A stretch of DNA of 64,000 nt, from assembly GCA_965261545.1 (NCBI GenBank), contig CBDHDF010000007.1:160001-224000 (forward strand). Reading direction: 5' to 3'. The DNA comes from Bdellovibrionales bacterium (GTDB lineage: Bacteria > Bdellovibrionota > Bdellovibrionia > Bdellovibrionales > UBA1609). This document shows positions 19,837 through 30,413 of this stretch, one piece after another. Position numbers and translations under genes: made by a program. How positions within the stretch are numbered: position 1 is the stretch's first letter; each line of letters begins with the position of its first letter. The notes below the pieces were generated by a model. It searched no databases and was not told where the DNA came from. It saw only the letters and a list, made by a program, of their open reading frames with translations.

Positions 19837-20929
19837 TTTTATCCTTGGGGGCTGCCACCCCTTTATCCTTGGGGGTTGCCACCCCTTGGGTTATTGAGTT
19901 TTTGAGCTTTTGAACAGTGGATTCTTGAGTCGTGGGACCATGTTCTTTGGGTTGTAAAACCACTCTCTTCTTGTGTCCATCCAGATGAGGCCGGCGTGTT
20001 TTATGCCCCATTTTGAAGTGGTGGGCACAATTTTTAGAGCAGGTTCTCAACTCTCGGTTCTTATCTTGGCTCTTTCGAAAACAATCTGTACAAACGATGT
20101 CTTTTCGATGGCATTGTAGGCAGTGGATACGCTGGTGACCTGGATCTCCACAGTGGGGGCAAAGACGATACTTTTGAGAGGGCTTGAGGTGCTGGTCTAA
20201 GGCCACCCGATAATCAAAGACAAAGCACTCTCCTTGGAATCCTTCAGGGTTGCGGGGAAATTCTTTTAAATAATTGATAATTCCGCCATCCAATTGGTAA
20301 ACATTTTTATAGCCTTGCTCTTGGGCAAGGAGTAGAGCCTTTTCACAGCGAATTCCCCCAGTGCAGTACATAAGAACTTTCTTGTTCTTGGAAAGATTTG
20401 AGTTTTTTAAGTAGTGTGGAAACTCATTAAACTCATGGATTTGAGGATCAATGGCGTTTTTAAAGTGCCCCATTTTTGTTTCATATTGATTCCTAACATC
20501 TAATAAAATAACATCTTTTTCTTTTAAAGCCCTGTGCCACTCCTTGGGAGAGAGGTGAAGATTCTTGTCACCGGGGACGAGGTCAGGTCGGTGAAGGGAA
20601 ACAATTTCTTTTTTTGTTTTGACCTTCATGTCGTGGAAGGGGTGTTTGTGGGACCATGAATCTTTAAAAATGAGTTCTTCACGAAGGCTTTCTTCACGAA
20701 AATTGTCTTCACGAAGGCTTTTTTCACAAAGGCTTAAAATGAGATTTTTGTAGTGGGTGATGGCGACTTCTGATCCTGAGAGGGTCCCATTGAGACCCTC
20801 AACTCCCACAAGAAGGAGTCCGCGCAGGTCAAGGTCTGTGGCCTCATTAAGGAGCCTCTGCTTGAGGCTGTCAAATTGATGAGGGGCGATGGGGGTGAAC
20901 TTATAAAAAGTTGTAATCAAAACATCCAT
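19817..20929 (-). CDS. trhO: Rhodanese-domain tRNA uridine hydroxylase (UPF0176/TrhO)
   Basis: FYKF, EGLNGTLSG, LDVRNQYE, YCTGGIRCEKA, GECFVFD. Confidence 0.85.
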   Translation of the reverse strand: MDVLITTFYKFTPIAPHQFDSLKQRLLNEATDLDLRGLLLVGVEGLNGTLSGSEVAITHYKNLILSLCEKSLREDNFREESLREELIFKDSWSHKHPFHDMKVKTKKEIVSLHRPDLVPGDKNLHLSPKEWHRALKEKDVILLDVRNQYETKMGHFKNAIDPQIHEFNEFPHYLKNSNLSKNKKVLMYCTGGIRCEKALLLAQEQGYKNVYQLDGGIINYLKEFPRNPEGFQGECFVFDYRVALDQHLKPSQKYRLCPHCGDPGHQRIHCLQCHRKDIVCTDCFRKSQDKNRELRTCSKNCAHHFKMGHKTRRPHLDGHKKRVVLQPKEHGPTTQESTVQKLKNSITQGVATPKDKGVAAPKDKNVYSLS

Positions 20930-21079
20930 AGGGTTTTAGTAATAAAAAAAGGGAAAACAGTCAAGAATCAACAATATGTTGCTTTTGAGCAACCAACAAT
21001 AGTAGTATAAGGGACTTGAGGTGAAAAGATATCCATAAAACAAAGGTGCTAAGAGATTTGAGTCGAGAAAATATTCATC

Positions 21080-23719
21080 ATGGCATTTATGGCTATGGCG
21101 CCCACGGCGGTGGTGGTCCACATGTTGTCCGTCAATAGTGGTGAAAACAGCCCTCCTAGTGGTGGCGAGAATAGTCCAAGCCTAGAGTCGCTTTCAGGAA
21201 TTGTCGAAAGAGTGACATTTCATAATGAGCAAAATGGGTGGTCTGTTCTCAAAGTTTCCTCTTTCAGAGATGTGACGCCCGTGGTGGTGATTGTTCATCA
21301 GGCTAAGGTTTTTGCCGGGGCCACCATGGAGTTTTGGGGGCAGTGGGTGGAGCACTCCAAGTATGGTCGCCAATTTAAGGCTGTGCGCGCCCTTGAAAAA
21401 AAGCCCGCCTCTGCGGCAGCTTTGGAGAAGTATTTAGGCTCAGGGCTTATCAAGGGGGTGGGACCTTTCACAGCCAAGAGAATTGTGTCTTATTTTAAAG
21501 ATCGCACTTTTGAAGTCTTTGAAAATTCCATTGAAGAACTCATGCAGGTTCCGGGAATTGCCTCTAAGAAGTTAGCTTTTATTAGGGAATCTTGGGAAGA
21601 GCATCGTGCGATTAGGGATGTTATGATTTTTCTCCAGAAATATGGCATCAGCACTCTCTTCGCCACCAAGATATATAAAACTTATAGGGATGATGCCATC
21701 TCTATAGTTTCAGAAAATCCCTATCGTTTGGCCCAAGATATTTATGGGATTGGCTTCTTTTCAGCGGACAAAGTGGCTCTCTCCATGGGCTTTGAAAGGA
21801 TGGGGGTGCCTCGTATTGCTGCGGGGATGAAGCATGTTTTGGCTTCCAGCCGTGATAAGGGCCATTGCTATTTGAAAGAAGATCAGATTCTTACACAAAC
21901 CACAGAATTGCTCAGTGAAGATATTCCAACAGAAAAATTAAAAAGTGTGCTTGACTCTCTTGTGCAAACTCAAGAGGTTCGATTTCGAAGGCTCGAAGTG
22001 AGAGGGGGGGAGAGCATTCATTGCTTTTACTCCAAGACTCTTTATTTTGATGAGATTCAGGTAGCCCATCTCATCAAAAGATTTGTATCTCAGTCCATAA
22101 AGGTCGATGAGGAACGCATTCGATCTTGGGTCTCTAGGTATTGTCAGAAAAATGAGATGCTTCTCAGTGAAGAACAAGAACACGCGGTGTGTACCATACC
22201 TTCTCGCGGTTTTTCTATTCTTACAGGTGGTCCGGGTTGTGGAAAAACCACTTGCACGAAGGCTCTTGTGGCTTTGCTTCAGGCCATGAAGCTAAGGGTG
22301 ACCCTTGTCGCTCCCACGGGGCGAGCTGCCCAGAGGATGACAGAGGTGATTGGCTTAGAGTCCAAGACGATTCACAGGTTGTTGGGATGGGTACCAGCCC
22401 ATAATCATTTCCAGAAAAATGAACAAGATCCTCTCGAAACGGATTTTGTGGTTTTGGATGAGGCTTCTATGCTCGATATTTCTCTGGCAGCCCACCTTCT
22501 CAAAGCGATTCCTCCGTCGGCTCAAGTGCTTTTTATTGGTGACCCGGATCAATTGCCTTCGGTGGGGGCAGGGCGTGTGTTGGCCGATCTTTTGGAGTCA
22601 GATGTGATTCCATCTCTTCGTTTGACTCAAGTTTTTCGTCAGGCTCAAGCCTCTTCTATTATTCGATTTGCCCATGATATCAATGGAGGAAGGATTCCCA
22701 AAATCATTTCCCCCATCCACAATCCCCATGCCTATGAAAAGGGGAATGATTGCTTGTTTCTCGATGCGAACGAAGCCACTCAAGATCAAATGAAGTTTAT
22801 ACGTCAGGTGCGTGGAATTGCCAATTCCTTGGGAAAAGATGGACGGCTTTTAAAATTCAAGGATGAGTGGGTGGGCAAGATGCTCAAGTCCATGGGAGGG
22901 GAGGGGGCTGAAATTGATGAAGTCGAAGTCGATAAGCTTTATCGTCCTCCCTTGGAAAGTGATGAGGAGGTGAGAAGACCGGCCCTATCTATTCCTGAAA
23001 AGTTTCGATATGTGGATATTTCTAAATTGGCCAACTCTAAGTCTGAAATTGAAGAGCTTATGTCGGTCCTTAAATCAGTCCATCCTTGGTCATCTCTTCA
23101 CTTTGGCATGACGGCTGTTGATACAGTTTTAAGAGTTTATACTCAATCCATAGAAAAGTGGCTGGGACGAAAATCTGAAATTCAAATATTAACCCCCCAA
23201 GTGCGAGGAAGTTTAGGAACCATCAACCTCAATGAGTCTATTCAAAAGCTTTGCAATCCGGAGTCACCTATGACCAAGCAGGTTCAAATGGGTTACAGAG
23301 TTTTGCGAGTCCATGATCGAGTGATTCAAACTCGTAACAACTATGATTTAGGTGTTTTTAATGGAGATATTGGCCGCATTGTAGACTTGGATATGGAGAA
23401 ACTGTTATGCACAGTGCTTTTTTCTGGGGGAACTGAGGAGCGGGAGGTAGTTTTTCAAAGGGAGGATCTGATAGATATTCAGTTGGCTTATGCCATTACA
23501 GTGCATAAGTCTCAGGGAAGTGAATTTGAGGTGGTTATTATTCCTGTCCTTGGCCAACACTTCAATATGCTTTTTCGCAATCTCATATACACAGGGCTGA
23601 CTCGTGCTAAAAAGCTTGCTATTTTTGTAGGCAGTCGCAAGGCTCTCTCCATGGCCATTCGCCAAGTGGATAGCCGGGAAAGGCAGACCGCCTTGAAGTC
23701 ACTGATCGAGGGTCACTGA
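21080..23719 (+). CDS. recD2: RecD2-like SF1B helicase
   Basis: YLGSGLIKGVG, TGGPGCGKT, APTGRAA, DEASM, GDPDQLPSVG, AITVHKSQGSE. Confidence 0.92.
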   Translation: MAFMAMAPTAVVVHMLSVNSGENSPPSGGENSPSLESLSGIVERVTFHNEQNGWSVLKVSSFRDVTPVVVIVHQAKVFAGATMEFWGQWVEHSKYGRQFKAVRALEKKPASAAALEKYLGSGLIKGVGPFTAKRIVSYFKDRTFEVFENSIEELMQVPGIASKKLAFIRESWEEHRAIRDVMIFLQKYGISTLFATKIYKTYRDDAISIVSENPYRLAQDIYGIGFFSADKVALSMGFERMGVPRIAAGMKHVLASSRDKGHCYLKEDQILTQTTELLSEDIPTEKLKSVLDSLVQTQEVRFRRLEVRGGESIHCFYSKTLYFDEIQVAHLIKRFVSQSIKVDEERIRSWVSRYCQKNEMLLSEEQEHAVCTIPSRGFSILTGGPGCGKTTCTKALVALLQAMKLRVTLVAPTGRAAQRMTEVIGLESKTIHRLLGWVPAHNHFQKNEQDPLETDFVVLDEASMLDISLAAHLLKAIPPSAQVLFIGDPDQLPSVGAGRVLADLLESDVIPSLRLTQVFRQAQASSIIRFAHDINGGRIPKIISPIHNPHAYEKGNDCLFLDANEATQDQMKFIRQVRGIANSLGKDGRLLKFKDEWVGKMLKSMGGEGAEIDEVEVDKLYRPPLESDEEVRRPALSIPEKFRYVDISKLANSKSEIEELMSVLKSVHPWSSLHFGMTAVDTVLRVYTQSIEKWLGRKSEIQILTPQVRGSLGTINLNESIQKLCNPESPMTKQVQMGYRVLRVHDRVIQTRNNYDLGVFNGDIGRIVDLDMEKLLCTVLFSGGTEEREVVFQREDLIDIQLAYAITVHKSQGSEFEVVIIPVLGQHFNMLFRNLIYTGLTRAKKLAIFVGSRKALSMAIRQVDSRERQTALKSLIEGH

Positions 23720-23731
23720 TCGAGGATCGTT

Positions 23732-25447
23732 CTATGGATTTTTAGCCACATTATGAGTCAGTTCTTCAATATAAATAGTATAAGATCCGTGTTTTACTCC
23801 CACAGAGCTTACCCCTAGATAATGTACCCCATTTTGTGTGGTAACAAACTCTTCGATGGTGCAATTTTCTAATATGGTTGTGGCAAGGCTTGCATTTTGT
23901 TTATATTTATTCCCATACTTACCATATCTTTTATACTTTTCATTCTCTTTATTCTTGCGAACCGATCCCCAAAGTGGTTTGCCATCGGAGTTATGAATGG
24001 CTAAGGCGAAGGAGATTGAGGTTTCGTTAGCGGCACGGGGCTCCACTTGAATGCGATACTTACGGTGGAGTTTAAGATCTATAACATACCAGTTCTTATC
24101 GTTAGGTTTTTCGATAGTTCCTTCCTCTGATACTCCGAGGCGGAGAACTTTGGGTTTCCTTGTTGGGTTTGTTGCATCGAAAAAGTCTTGATCCTCTTGG
24201 GTGGGCATGCGAGCTTCTATTTTGTATCCACCTATAGCTCTTCCGTATCCCCCCACTTTTATTTGGTAGACTGCTGTCTCAGGTGTTACAAAAACCACGA
24301 GGCTGTTTTTTTCTGAAGCGTCGTCATTTTCTCCCAACTTTTCTCCTCTGAGATAAACGCCTCGCAAGTAGGGGTCCGCAAGGGGGAGACTTCCTCTTTC
24401 TTCAATAGCCACTCCGTTCAGGGATATCGCATAAGGTTCACCACCATGCAATTCAACTTCATACCAGTCTTCATCTCCCAAGAAGTCAATAACTTCACTT
24501 TTGGCCTCTCCCACTGTCAATGAGGTGGGTTGGACCTCTGTTCCCGGATCAAGCCCCTTGCGGACAGCTTTTCCTAACTTTCCATTGCTACCACCACGGC
24601 CATTGGAAGAACATGTTTCCACCATTCCATTTTCACCAACATTTATGCCAGTGGCACCTTGGCAGTGGGAAGAAGTTCCCTTGGCCCTTGTCCCCTTATT
24701 TGCTTCACTACGGGTAGACTTATCCCCATCATCTGTTTTCTTGCTACCACCAAGATATTGGAAAGGGCCCGGAGGCAAAGCACCTTTGCTATTGGAAGTT
24801 CTTGTTTTTTGGGAAGTACCCATCATGGGTGCATGAATATTTATTGGGTTTGAGGATTCTTGGAGAGATTTTGTCTGATAAGAAATAGCCATTTCTCCGA
24901 GTTCGCCAAAGAGTTCAGTGATGTCCTCTATGGATAAGGGGCGAATGTTGAATAAATCTTCAGAGTCCGAACCTAATTTTGCTGTCATCTCTATTTCTGT
25001 ATCATCCTCTGTATCACCTATTTCCTCTTCATATTCTTCTGTCATTGTGTTTTCAGTTTCATTTTCTAAAGCATCTTGCATAGCCTTGTTGAAAGCAGAA
25101 ATATCATGAATATAGTCATAGGTTGGATCGACTGTCTCTAAGCTCTTTTGAAAACGGTGGAAGCTTTTTTTTTGTATGAAATTTTGTGTTATATCTATTT
25201 GAGAATCTTTCAAATATTTCTTCATAGAATCATATTCTTGGTTTATGTTTTCTATGAAAGAGGCGGGACGTGATAAAGCTTCTTTGTTCATTTTCTTTTG
25301 ATCTTTGTGATTGTTGTAGGAAAAGACCGTAAAGAACAAAGCAAAGATGAGTAGACTCAAAAAAATGAGATCCGCTAATATTTGTTTTTTAATTTTATTC
25401 TTATTAAATTTATTAAATTTTCTAAATAAATTATTTTCATACAACAC
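23732..25447 (-). CDS. Hypothetical membrane-anchored protein with two PPC-like domains
   Basis: N-terminal transmembrane segment; GDEDWYEVEL, LADPYLRGVY...ENDD, DKNWYVIDL. Confidence 0.6.
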   Translation of the reverse strand: MLYENNLFRKFNKFNKNKIKKQILADLIFLSLLIFALFFTVFSYNNHKDQKKMNKEALSRPASFIENINQEYDSMKKYLKDSQIDITQNFIQKKSFHRFQKSLETVDPTYDYIHDISAFNKAMQDALENETENTMTEEYEEEIGDTEDDTEIEMTAKLGSDSEDLFNIRPLSIEDITELFGELGEMAISYQTKSLQESSNPINIHAPMMGTSQKTRTSNSKGALPPGPFQYLGGSKKTDDGDKSTRSEANKGTRAKGTSSHCQGATGINVGENGMVETCSSNGRGGSNGKLGKAVRKGLDPGTEVQPTSLTVGEAKSEVIDFLGDEDWYEVELHGGEPYAISLNGVAIEERGSLPLADPYLRGVYLRGEKLGENDDASEKNSLVVFVTPETAVYQIKVGGYGRAIGGYKIEARMPTQEDQDFFDATNPTRKPKVLRLGVSEEGTIEKPNDKNWYVIDLKLHRKYRIQVEPRAANETSISFALAIHNSDGKPLWGSVRKNKENEKYKRYGKYGNKYKQNASLATTILENCTIEEFVTTQNGVHYLGVSSVGVKHGSYTIYIEELTHNVAKNP

Positions 25448-26331
25448 CTTGCGCCGAAATCTACGTTAAAACTACAAATTAAACTTAAATAATTTAAAAA
25501 CTTAACTTACATAATACATTTTGTGAGATGTATCTATATCTATACATCCATAAGAGTATCGGAAGGATTTATAAATTTATAAAGTGATTGACGACTTAAA
25601 TAATTCTTCAGGAATAAATGGACTTCCGTCGATTTTGTTTCCACCTATGGAAGTGCCGCCGATGTGTTGGTGAGTTCCCGGACGTAGGTCCCCATTTAGA
25701 TCGTCTGTTTTCAAAATTCGTCCTTGAACCCGACTATCCGCAATCTTGTTTCTATATCTGTTTTCTCACTGATACAGAAACAACCCACATGTAGGCTTCC
25801 TCGCTGCTGATCTTTATCCGGAAATCAAGTCTCTCAACTTACCGAAACTTACCAAAACTATCAGCCCGTGGAACGAATTTCACACGATCCTATATTTAAC
25901 TTACTCGGCTCTCTATTTCTCACGCTTGAGATGTTTTTTACATTCAAGCTGGTTTTCTTTAATTATCAGGTACATAAAACAGCTGTGTCTTGCTCACCTA
26001 TTCAAGGTCTTCACCCTTACGGGATCGCCTTATCCTGTTCCCCCTGCCGCCCATGTCAACATGCAGTAAATATCAGAGTCATAATTGCTCTATGGAGGTT
26101 CGTTGTCCATGGGGCGAGGCTCGTCACCGTTTTTATCAAGAAAATTTCAAGATTTACGAAGCTATTCAATCTTTTATCAAACTACATTATTTCATATTTC
26201 ATAACTCCTCCCCCTCAGAAATGCCTAGCCACAGTCATTTGTAATGTAAAAGGCATAATTAAACTCCTGGGTATTCCTATTCCACCCAATGACTGCGTTA
26301 CATGCAGCATACTAAGACCACTGAGGTGAGT

Positions 26332-26426
26332 CAGTTATCCACAGACTCATCCATGGTGACGCTGCGGCTATGGCCCTAGGGGAGCCAATAAGGCAGCGCT
26401 GCTGTGGATGAGTCTGTGGATAACTG
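26332..26426. repeat. DnaA-box-like palindrome, copy 2
   Basis: CAGTTATCCACAGACTCATCCA...TGGATGAGTCTGTGGATAACTG. Confidence 0.85.
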
Positions 26427-26502
26427 CGACGGAGTCTCCACACAAGTGTGTTGGCAACTCTGTCCTCCGTGGTTTCATGTACAAAGCTCGGATCCTGAAA
26501 TG

Positions 26503-27561
26503 CTAGGCTCCCATCTTCTCCAAATTGGCTTGGAAAGCATATTCCTTATAGCCACGGTTGTCCCGCAGCATCGCATAGCAGATACAGCTCATCTTGCGAG
26601 CCAGGGCCACAACAGCCTTATTGGTTCCCCTCCTCGACTCAACCTCTAAGGCCCATTTCCGAACAGGATCATCACATTTAGTGCTCTTTTTGAGCCAAGC
26701 CCGCGCCCCATGGATGAGATAGCGACGTAATATCTCATTGCCACTTTTGGTGATGGAGCCCATCATACGAGTGTTTGCTGAAGAGCTAACACTGGGAACT
26801 AAACCCAGGTAGCTGGCAAACTTACTGGCATCATCAAAACGACTGATATCATCCACCACTGCCACCATAGCCGCAGCCGTGAGAAGACCAACTCCAGGCA
26901 AAGTTCTCAATTGTTTTACAGACTCTTTCTCCTGAACTAAAAACTCAATCCGGTGGGTGATAGACTTTTCTTGCTGTTGGAGGGCTTCGGCCTGACCGTA
27001 CAATTCCTGAAGAGTGCTGCGAATAAAAGGATTGGGCACTTTGGAAATAGTCGCTGGTGCTTTCACCCAAAACTGATTTGCTCCCACGGGAATCGTAAGA
27101 CCCTGTTCCCTCAAAAGACCTCTGATGTGGTTTGTTAAACTCACCCGTGTGCCTACAGTAAGTTCACGGGAAACGAGCAGACTCTTTATGTCTCTGGAAC
27201 CAGGACTACGGAGATGAACCTCACAATCACTATCAGGGTTCAGGCGCAGAAAAGTATTTAAAGCCTTGGCATCCCGCTCGTCGGTTTTCTTGCCGCTGAT
27301 ACCTATGCCCCTAAACTTGTTTGGGTTGATGATGTGAACAGTGTGACCCAAATCCTGTAATTTCTGGACATAGGGGTTAACCCCTCCTGTGGCCTCAATG
27401 GCTATCTCACAGGGTTCTCTATTTGAGAAATAGCGAGGAAGATTCTTGGTCTGAATACAACTGACTCTAGGGACTCCTTGAACCATTTCTCCCTTTTGAT
27501 CTGTAGCATAAAGAACTGAGTTATTCTTGTGAAAATCGACTCCTATGTATAACTTGGGCAT
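26503..27561 (-). CDS. IS110 DEDD recombinase/transposase, 352 aa (start ATG 27561)
   Basis: GVDFHK, IEATG, KTDERDA, LPGVG, YLGLVPSVSSS; AAAGGAG RBS. Confidence 0.95.
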   Translation of the reverse strand: MPKLYIGVDFHKNNSVLYATDQKGEMVQGVPRVSCIQTKNLPRYFSNREPCEIAIEATGGVNPYVQKLQDLGHTVHIINPNKFRGIGISGKKTDERDAKALNTFLRLNPDSDCEVHLRSPGSRDIKSLLVSRELTVGTRVSLTNHIRGLLREQGLTIPVGANQFWVKAPATISKVPNPFIRSTLQELYGQAEALQQQEKSITHRIEFLVQEKESVKQLRTLPGVGLLTAAAMVAVVDDISRFDDASKFASYLGLVPSVSSSANTRMMGSITKSGNEILRRYLIHGARAWLKKSTKCDDPVRKWALEVESRRGTNKAVVALARKMSCICYAMLRDNRGYKEYAFQANLEKMGA

Positions 27562-27991
27562 TGCCGCTCCTTTCGTTTGTGAGCCTTTTGAGCTCGGTTT
27601 TTGTGTGGATAAGTATAACAACTTAGACCACGATGAAAAGGGGCGGCACTTCCATGCCTCCAGAAGGATTTATAAATTTATAAAGTGATTGACGACTTAA
27701 ATAATTCTTCAGGAATAAATGGACTTCCGTCGATTTTGTTTCAAGAAGAACACTAAAGTGCCGATTGTTCTTAGAGCATTGTGCTCCTTTCGTTTGTGAG
27801 CCTTTTGAGCTCGGTTTTTGTGTGGATAAGTATAACAACTTAGACCACGATGAAAAGGGGCGGCACTTCCATGCCTCCAGAAGGATTTATAAATTTATAA
27901 AGTGATTGACGACTTAAATAATTCTTCAGGAATAAATGGACTTCCGTCGATTTTGTTTCAAGAAGAACACTAAAGTGCCGATTGTTCTTAG
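27558..27991. repeat. 217-bp tandem duplication of the IS1111 left end plus flank
   Basis: 27566-27774 repeated at 27783-27991. Confidence 0.9.
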
Positions 27992-29272
27992 GTGAGACAT
28001 ACAAATGGCCAACATGGAGATAAAGTGATGCCTAAAAAAGAAAAACTATCAAAATCTCAACTAAGATATTGTTGGTTGAGATTTCTGGCTATACTATGTA
28101 GCCTTATGATCTCTATGGCTTGCACTGACCAACCTGAAGATCTTGCAGAGTTCAGTCGCAAAAGCACCGAGATGCCTGTCTCCATTGATATCGATGCCTT
28201 GGAGACAATCAATAGCTCAAATGCTTCTTACTTTCCCATTAAGGGAACCTGCTCGGAAGAGGGTCGTGAAGTGACTCTCCACATTGAAGGAGTTCAGACC
28301 TCAACTCTTTGCTCCAATCAAGCTTGGAATGTGACTGTGGATATAACTCACACAAATAAAAAAAATCTTGTCAATATAACAGTCTTTCATTCAGCAGCCA
28401 GTGGAGAAAAAGGAGAAGCTTTTTCCAGCATCAACAATCAATTTATTTGTGACAGCCATTTTATAGGCGTTCCGGCGATGAGCGAGTATACAACCCATAG
28501 CTTTTGTGTGGCTAAGTACGAAATGAAAAGCAATCAACGAGGTCATACAATTTCTCATCCCAAGGGTTTGCCTAGAACGAAAATCAACCGTAATGATGCG
28601 GCGGATCAGTGTCGAACTATGGGAGATGGGCATGACCTCATCACCAACGATGAGTGGCAAACTCTTGCTCGCAATATTGAGCAGGTACCAAGTAATTGGG
28701 AGGCAAGTACGATAGGGTCTCCAGGAGGCATCAATCAAGGTCATTCAGGTTCTTTTTTACCCATGGACCCCCTTCCTGCAAGCGATAATGACAGCAAAGG
28801 TTGCTTTAAAACCAAAGAGCAGTGTGATGGCACCCTGTGGAGCGTTAAAAAAAGAACTCATGCTCTCTCCAATGGTGAAGTTATTTGGGATCTTTCTGGA
28901 AACGTTGAAGAGTGGGTCAAAGATGACAACGGTGAGAGGTATGGCACCAGCGATTATTGGTCAAAGATCACAGCTAAAAGTCATCTACGACGGAGTCATT
29001 TGAATCGAAGGAGTACAAATAGATCAAGGTTGACTAAGGATCAATTTGGCCCCTACAGAGATTACTCTCAACATGATGCAGCTCCCTATGCAGGATTGGG
29101 TTATGCTCGCATTGACTTCAATGGGGGGGCTATTGTTCGTGGAGGTTACTGGCGGTGGGGTTGGTTATGGGGGCCGGCTTCAGGTATTTTTGCTGTCAAT
29201 CTCAGTTATCCTCCCTCCTATGCCTCCAAGAAATTGGGATTTCGATGTGTCTTTCACCCCCGCGTACTATAG
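27992..29272 (+). CDS. Lipoprotein with Ig-like and FGE-sulfatase (CLec-fold) domains; start likely 28028
   Basis: SMAC lipobox; FCVAKYEMK, LITNDEWQ, WDLSGNVEEW, RGG..W, LGFRCV. Confidence 0.8.
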   Translation: MRHTNGQHGDKVMPKKEKLSKSQLRYCWLRFLAILCSLMISMACTDQPEDLAEFSRKSTEMPVSIDIDALETINSSNASYFPIKGTCSEEGREVTLHIEGVQTSTLCSNQAWNVTVDITHTNKKNLVNITVFHSAASGEKGEAFSSINNQFICDSHFIGVPAMSEYTTHSFCVAKYEMKSNQRGHTISHPKGLPRTKINRNDAADQCRTMGDGHDLITNDEWQTLARNIEQVPSNWEASTIGSPGGINQGHSGSFLPMDPLPASDNDSKGCFKTKEQCDGTLWSVKKRTHALSNGEVIWDLSGNVEEWVKDDNGERYGTSDYWSKITAKSHLRRSHLNRRSTNRSRLTKDQFGPYRDYSQHDAAPYAGLGYARIDFNGGAIVRGGYWRWGWLWGPASGIFAVNLSYPPSYASKKLGFRCVFHPRVL

Positions 29273-29399
29273 AGTTTCAGGGCCACCATCCCAGCACAGA
29301 GGCTAGAAATTGAGAAGCAAGGGTGGTTCCATTTGTGGGAAGAAGCCTTGTAAGTTATCCTCCCCCTTAGAGGTTGTTATTAGGTCAAAGTAGGTCAGT

Positions 29400-30413
29400 G
29401 TGAAGAACTTTTCTGCAGGTCTTTCTTGTAAACATGCATATACATATTTCGTTGCGGCCATCACCGTGGCCACGACGATGACGGTGATGACGATCATGAT
29501 ATTGATGGTTTTTTCCCCTCAGTCGTGGGGGCAAACCGAGCACAAGCTTATCCGCCGCATGGCTGTCTTTCCTATTCAAGTTGCCCCCAAATTAAATTCT
29601 CTTGCTGAGGAGGCTTGGTGGAGCCTTAGAGAAGAGCTTACCAAGGATAAGAGGTTTTTATTGGCCAGCCGTAATTTTTTACAGAATAAGGATGTCTTTC
29701 GAGCCCATGGGGAGCTTGGCCCTGCTGATGTCATTATATTGAGTCGGCTCCTCGATGCCCATGCTCTTGTAACCACCTTTCTTAAGGAGCGTCAACTCAC
29801 CATGAATGTTTATGAGGGGGAGTACGGTCGGCTTCTTTGGTCTTACACACTGGACTTAAATCAATCAGAACCCCTGAAAGGCCAGCTCATAAAAGCCACT
29901 CAAAGGCTCGCTCAAGCTTTTATTGCCAACACTCCCTACCAAGGCTTCGTCATCATAGACCACTTATGGGAGGGGAATGTGACGATTCCTTTGGGTAGAA
30001 AGACCATTGTTAAAGCCAGTGTGGGAACCCATGCCAAAGTAGATATAGGAGATGTTGTTCAATTTATTCATATTCGCAGTGAGAAGCTTCAAATGCTCTT
30101 TGAAGGTGATCTACATATTGAAGTCTTTGCCGAGGGACGAATTATAGATATCGGCCGAAGGGAAGTCATCATTGAGATTCTCAACGCCACAGATATCTCT
30201 CATATTGTTGAAGGAACTCTTGTTCGCTTGCCCAAGGAAGCCAAGAGGTTGCAAGAACACTATGGTTTAAACTGGAAAGATAAGAACATCCGTCTCCAAT
30301 ATTTTTCTTCTGAAATATACTCCTTTCAAAAGGAGGAAAATGAAAAAAAGCCATTGGCTCTTTCCATGGCTTTTCTTTTCAATTTAGCAGCCTTTCTTCT
30401 TATCGCCCTTTGA
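29400..30413 (+). CDS. Hypothetical exported or membrane protein
   Basis: 337-aa ORF with hydrophobic N- and C-termini. Confidence 0.65.
   Translation: MKNFSAGLSCKHAYTYFVAAITVATTMTVMTIMILMVFSPQSWGQTEHKLIRRMAVFPIQVAPKLNSLAEEAWWSLREELTKDKRFLLASRNFLQNKDVFRAHGELGPADVIILSRLLDAHALVTTFLKERQLTMNVYEGEYGRLLWSYTLDLNQSEPLKGQLIKATQRLAQAFIANTPYQGFVIIDHLWEGNVTIPLGRKTIVKASVGTHAKVDIGDVVQFIHIRSEKLQMLFEGDLHIEVFAEGRIIDIGRREVIIEILNATDISHIVEGTLVRLPKEAKRLQEHYGLNWKDKNIRLQYFSSEIYSFQKEENEKKPLALSMAFLFNLAAFLLIAL

Larger units (their letters stand above)
25644..27662 (-). mobile_element. IS110-family, IS1111-group element
   Basis: 14-bp sub-terminal IRs ATGGAAGTGCCGCC (25647-25660) and GGCGGCACTTCCAT (27642-27655), set 3 and 7 bp from the ends; shared TCCA at both junctions. 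Confidence 0.88.

Noticed and set aside
27992..29272. DGR target gene (CLec/FGE C-terminus)
   Set aside because: No template repeat with adenine-specific differences and no reverse transcriptase in the window; a remote DGR cannot be excluded.
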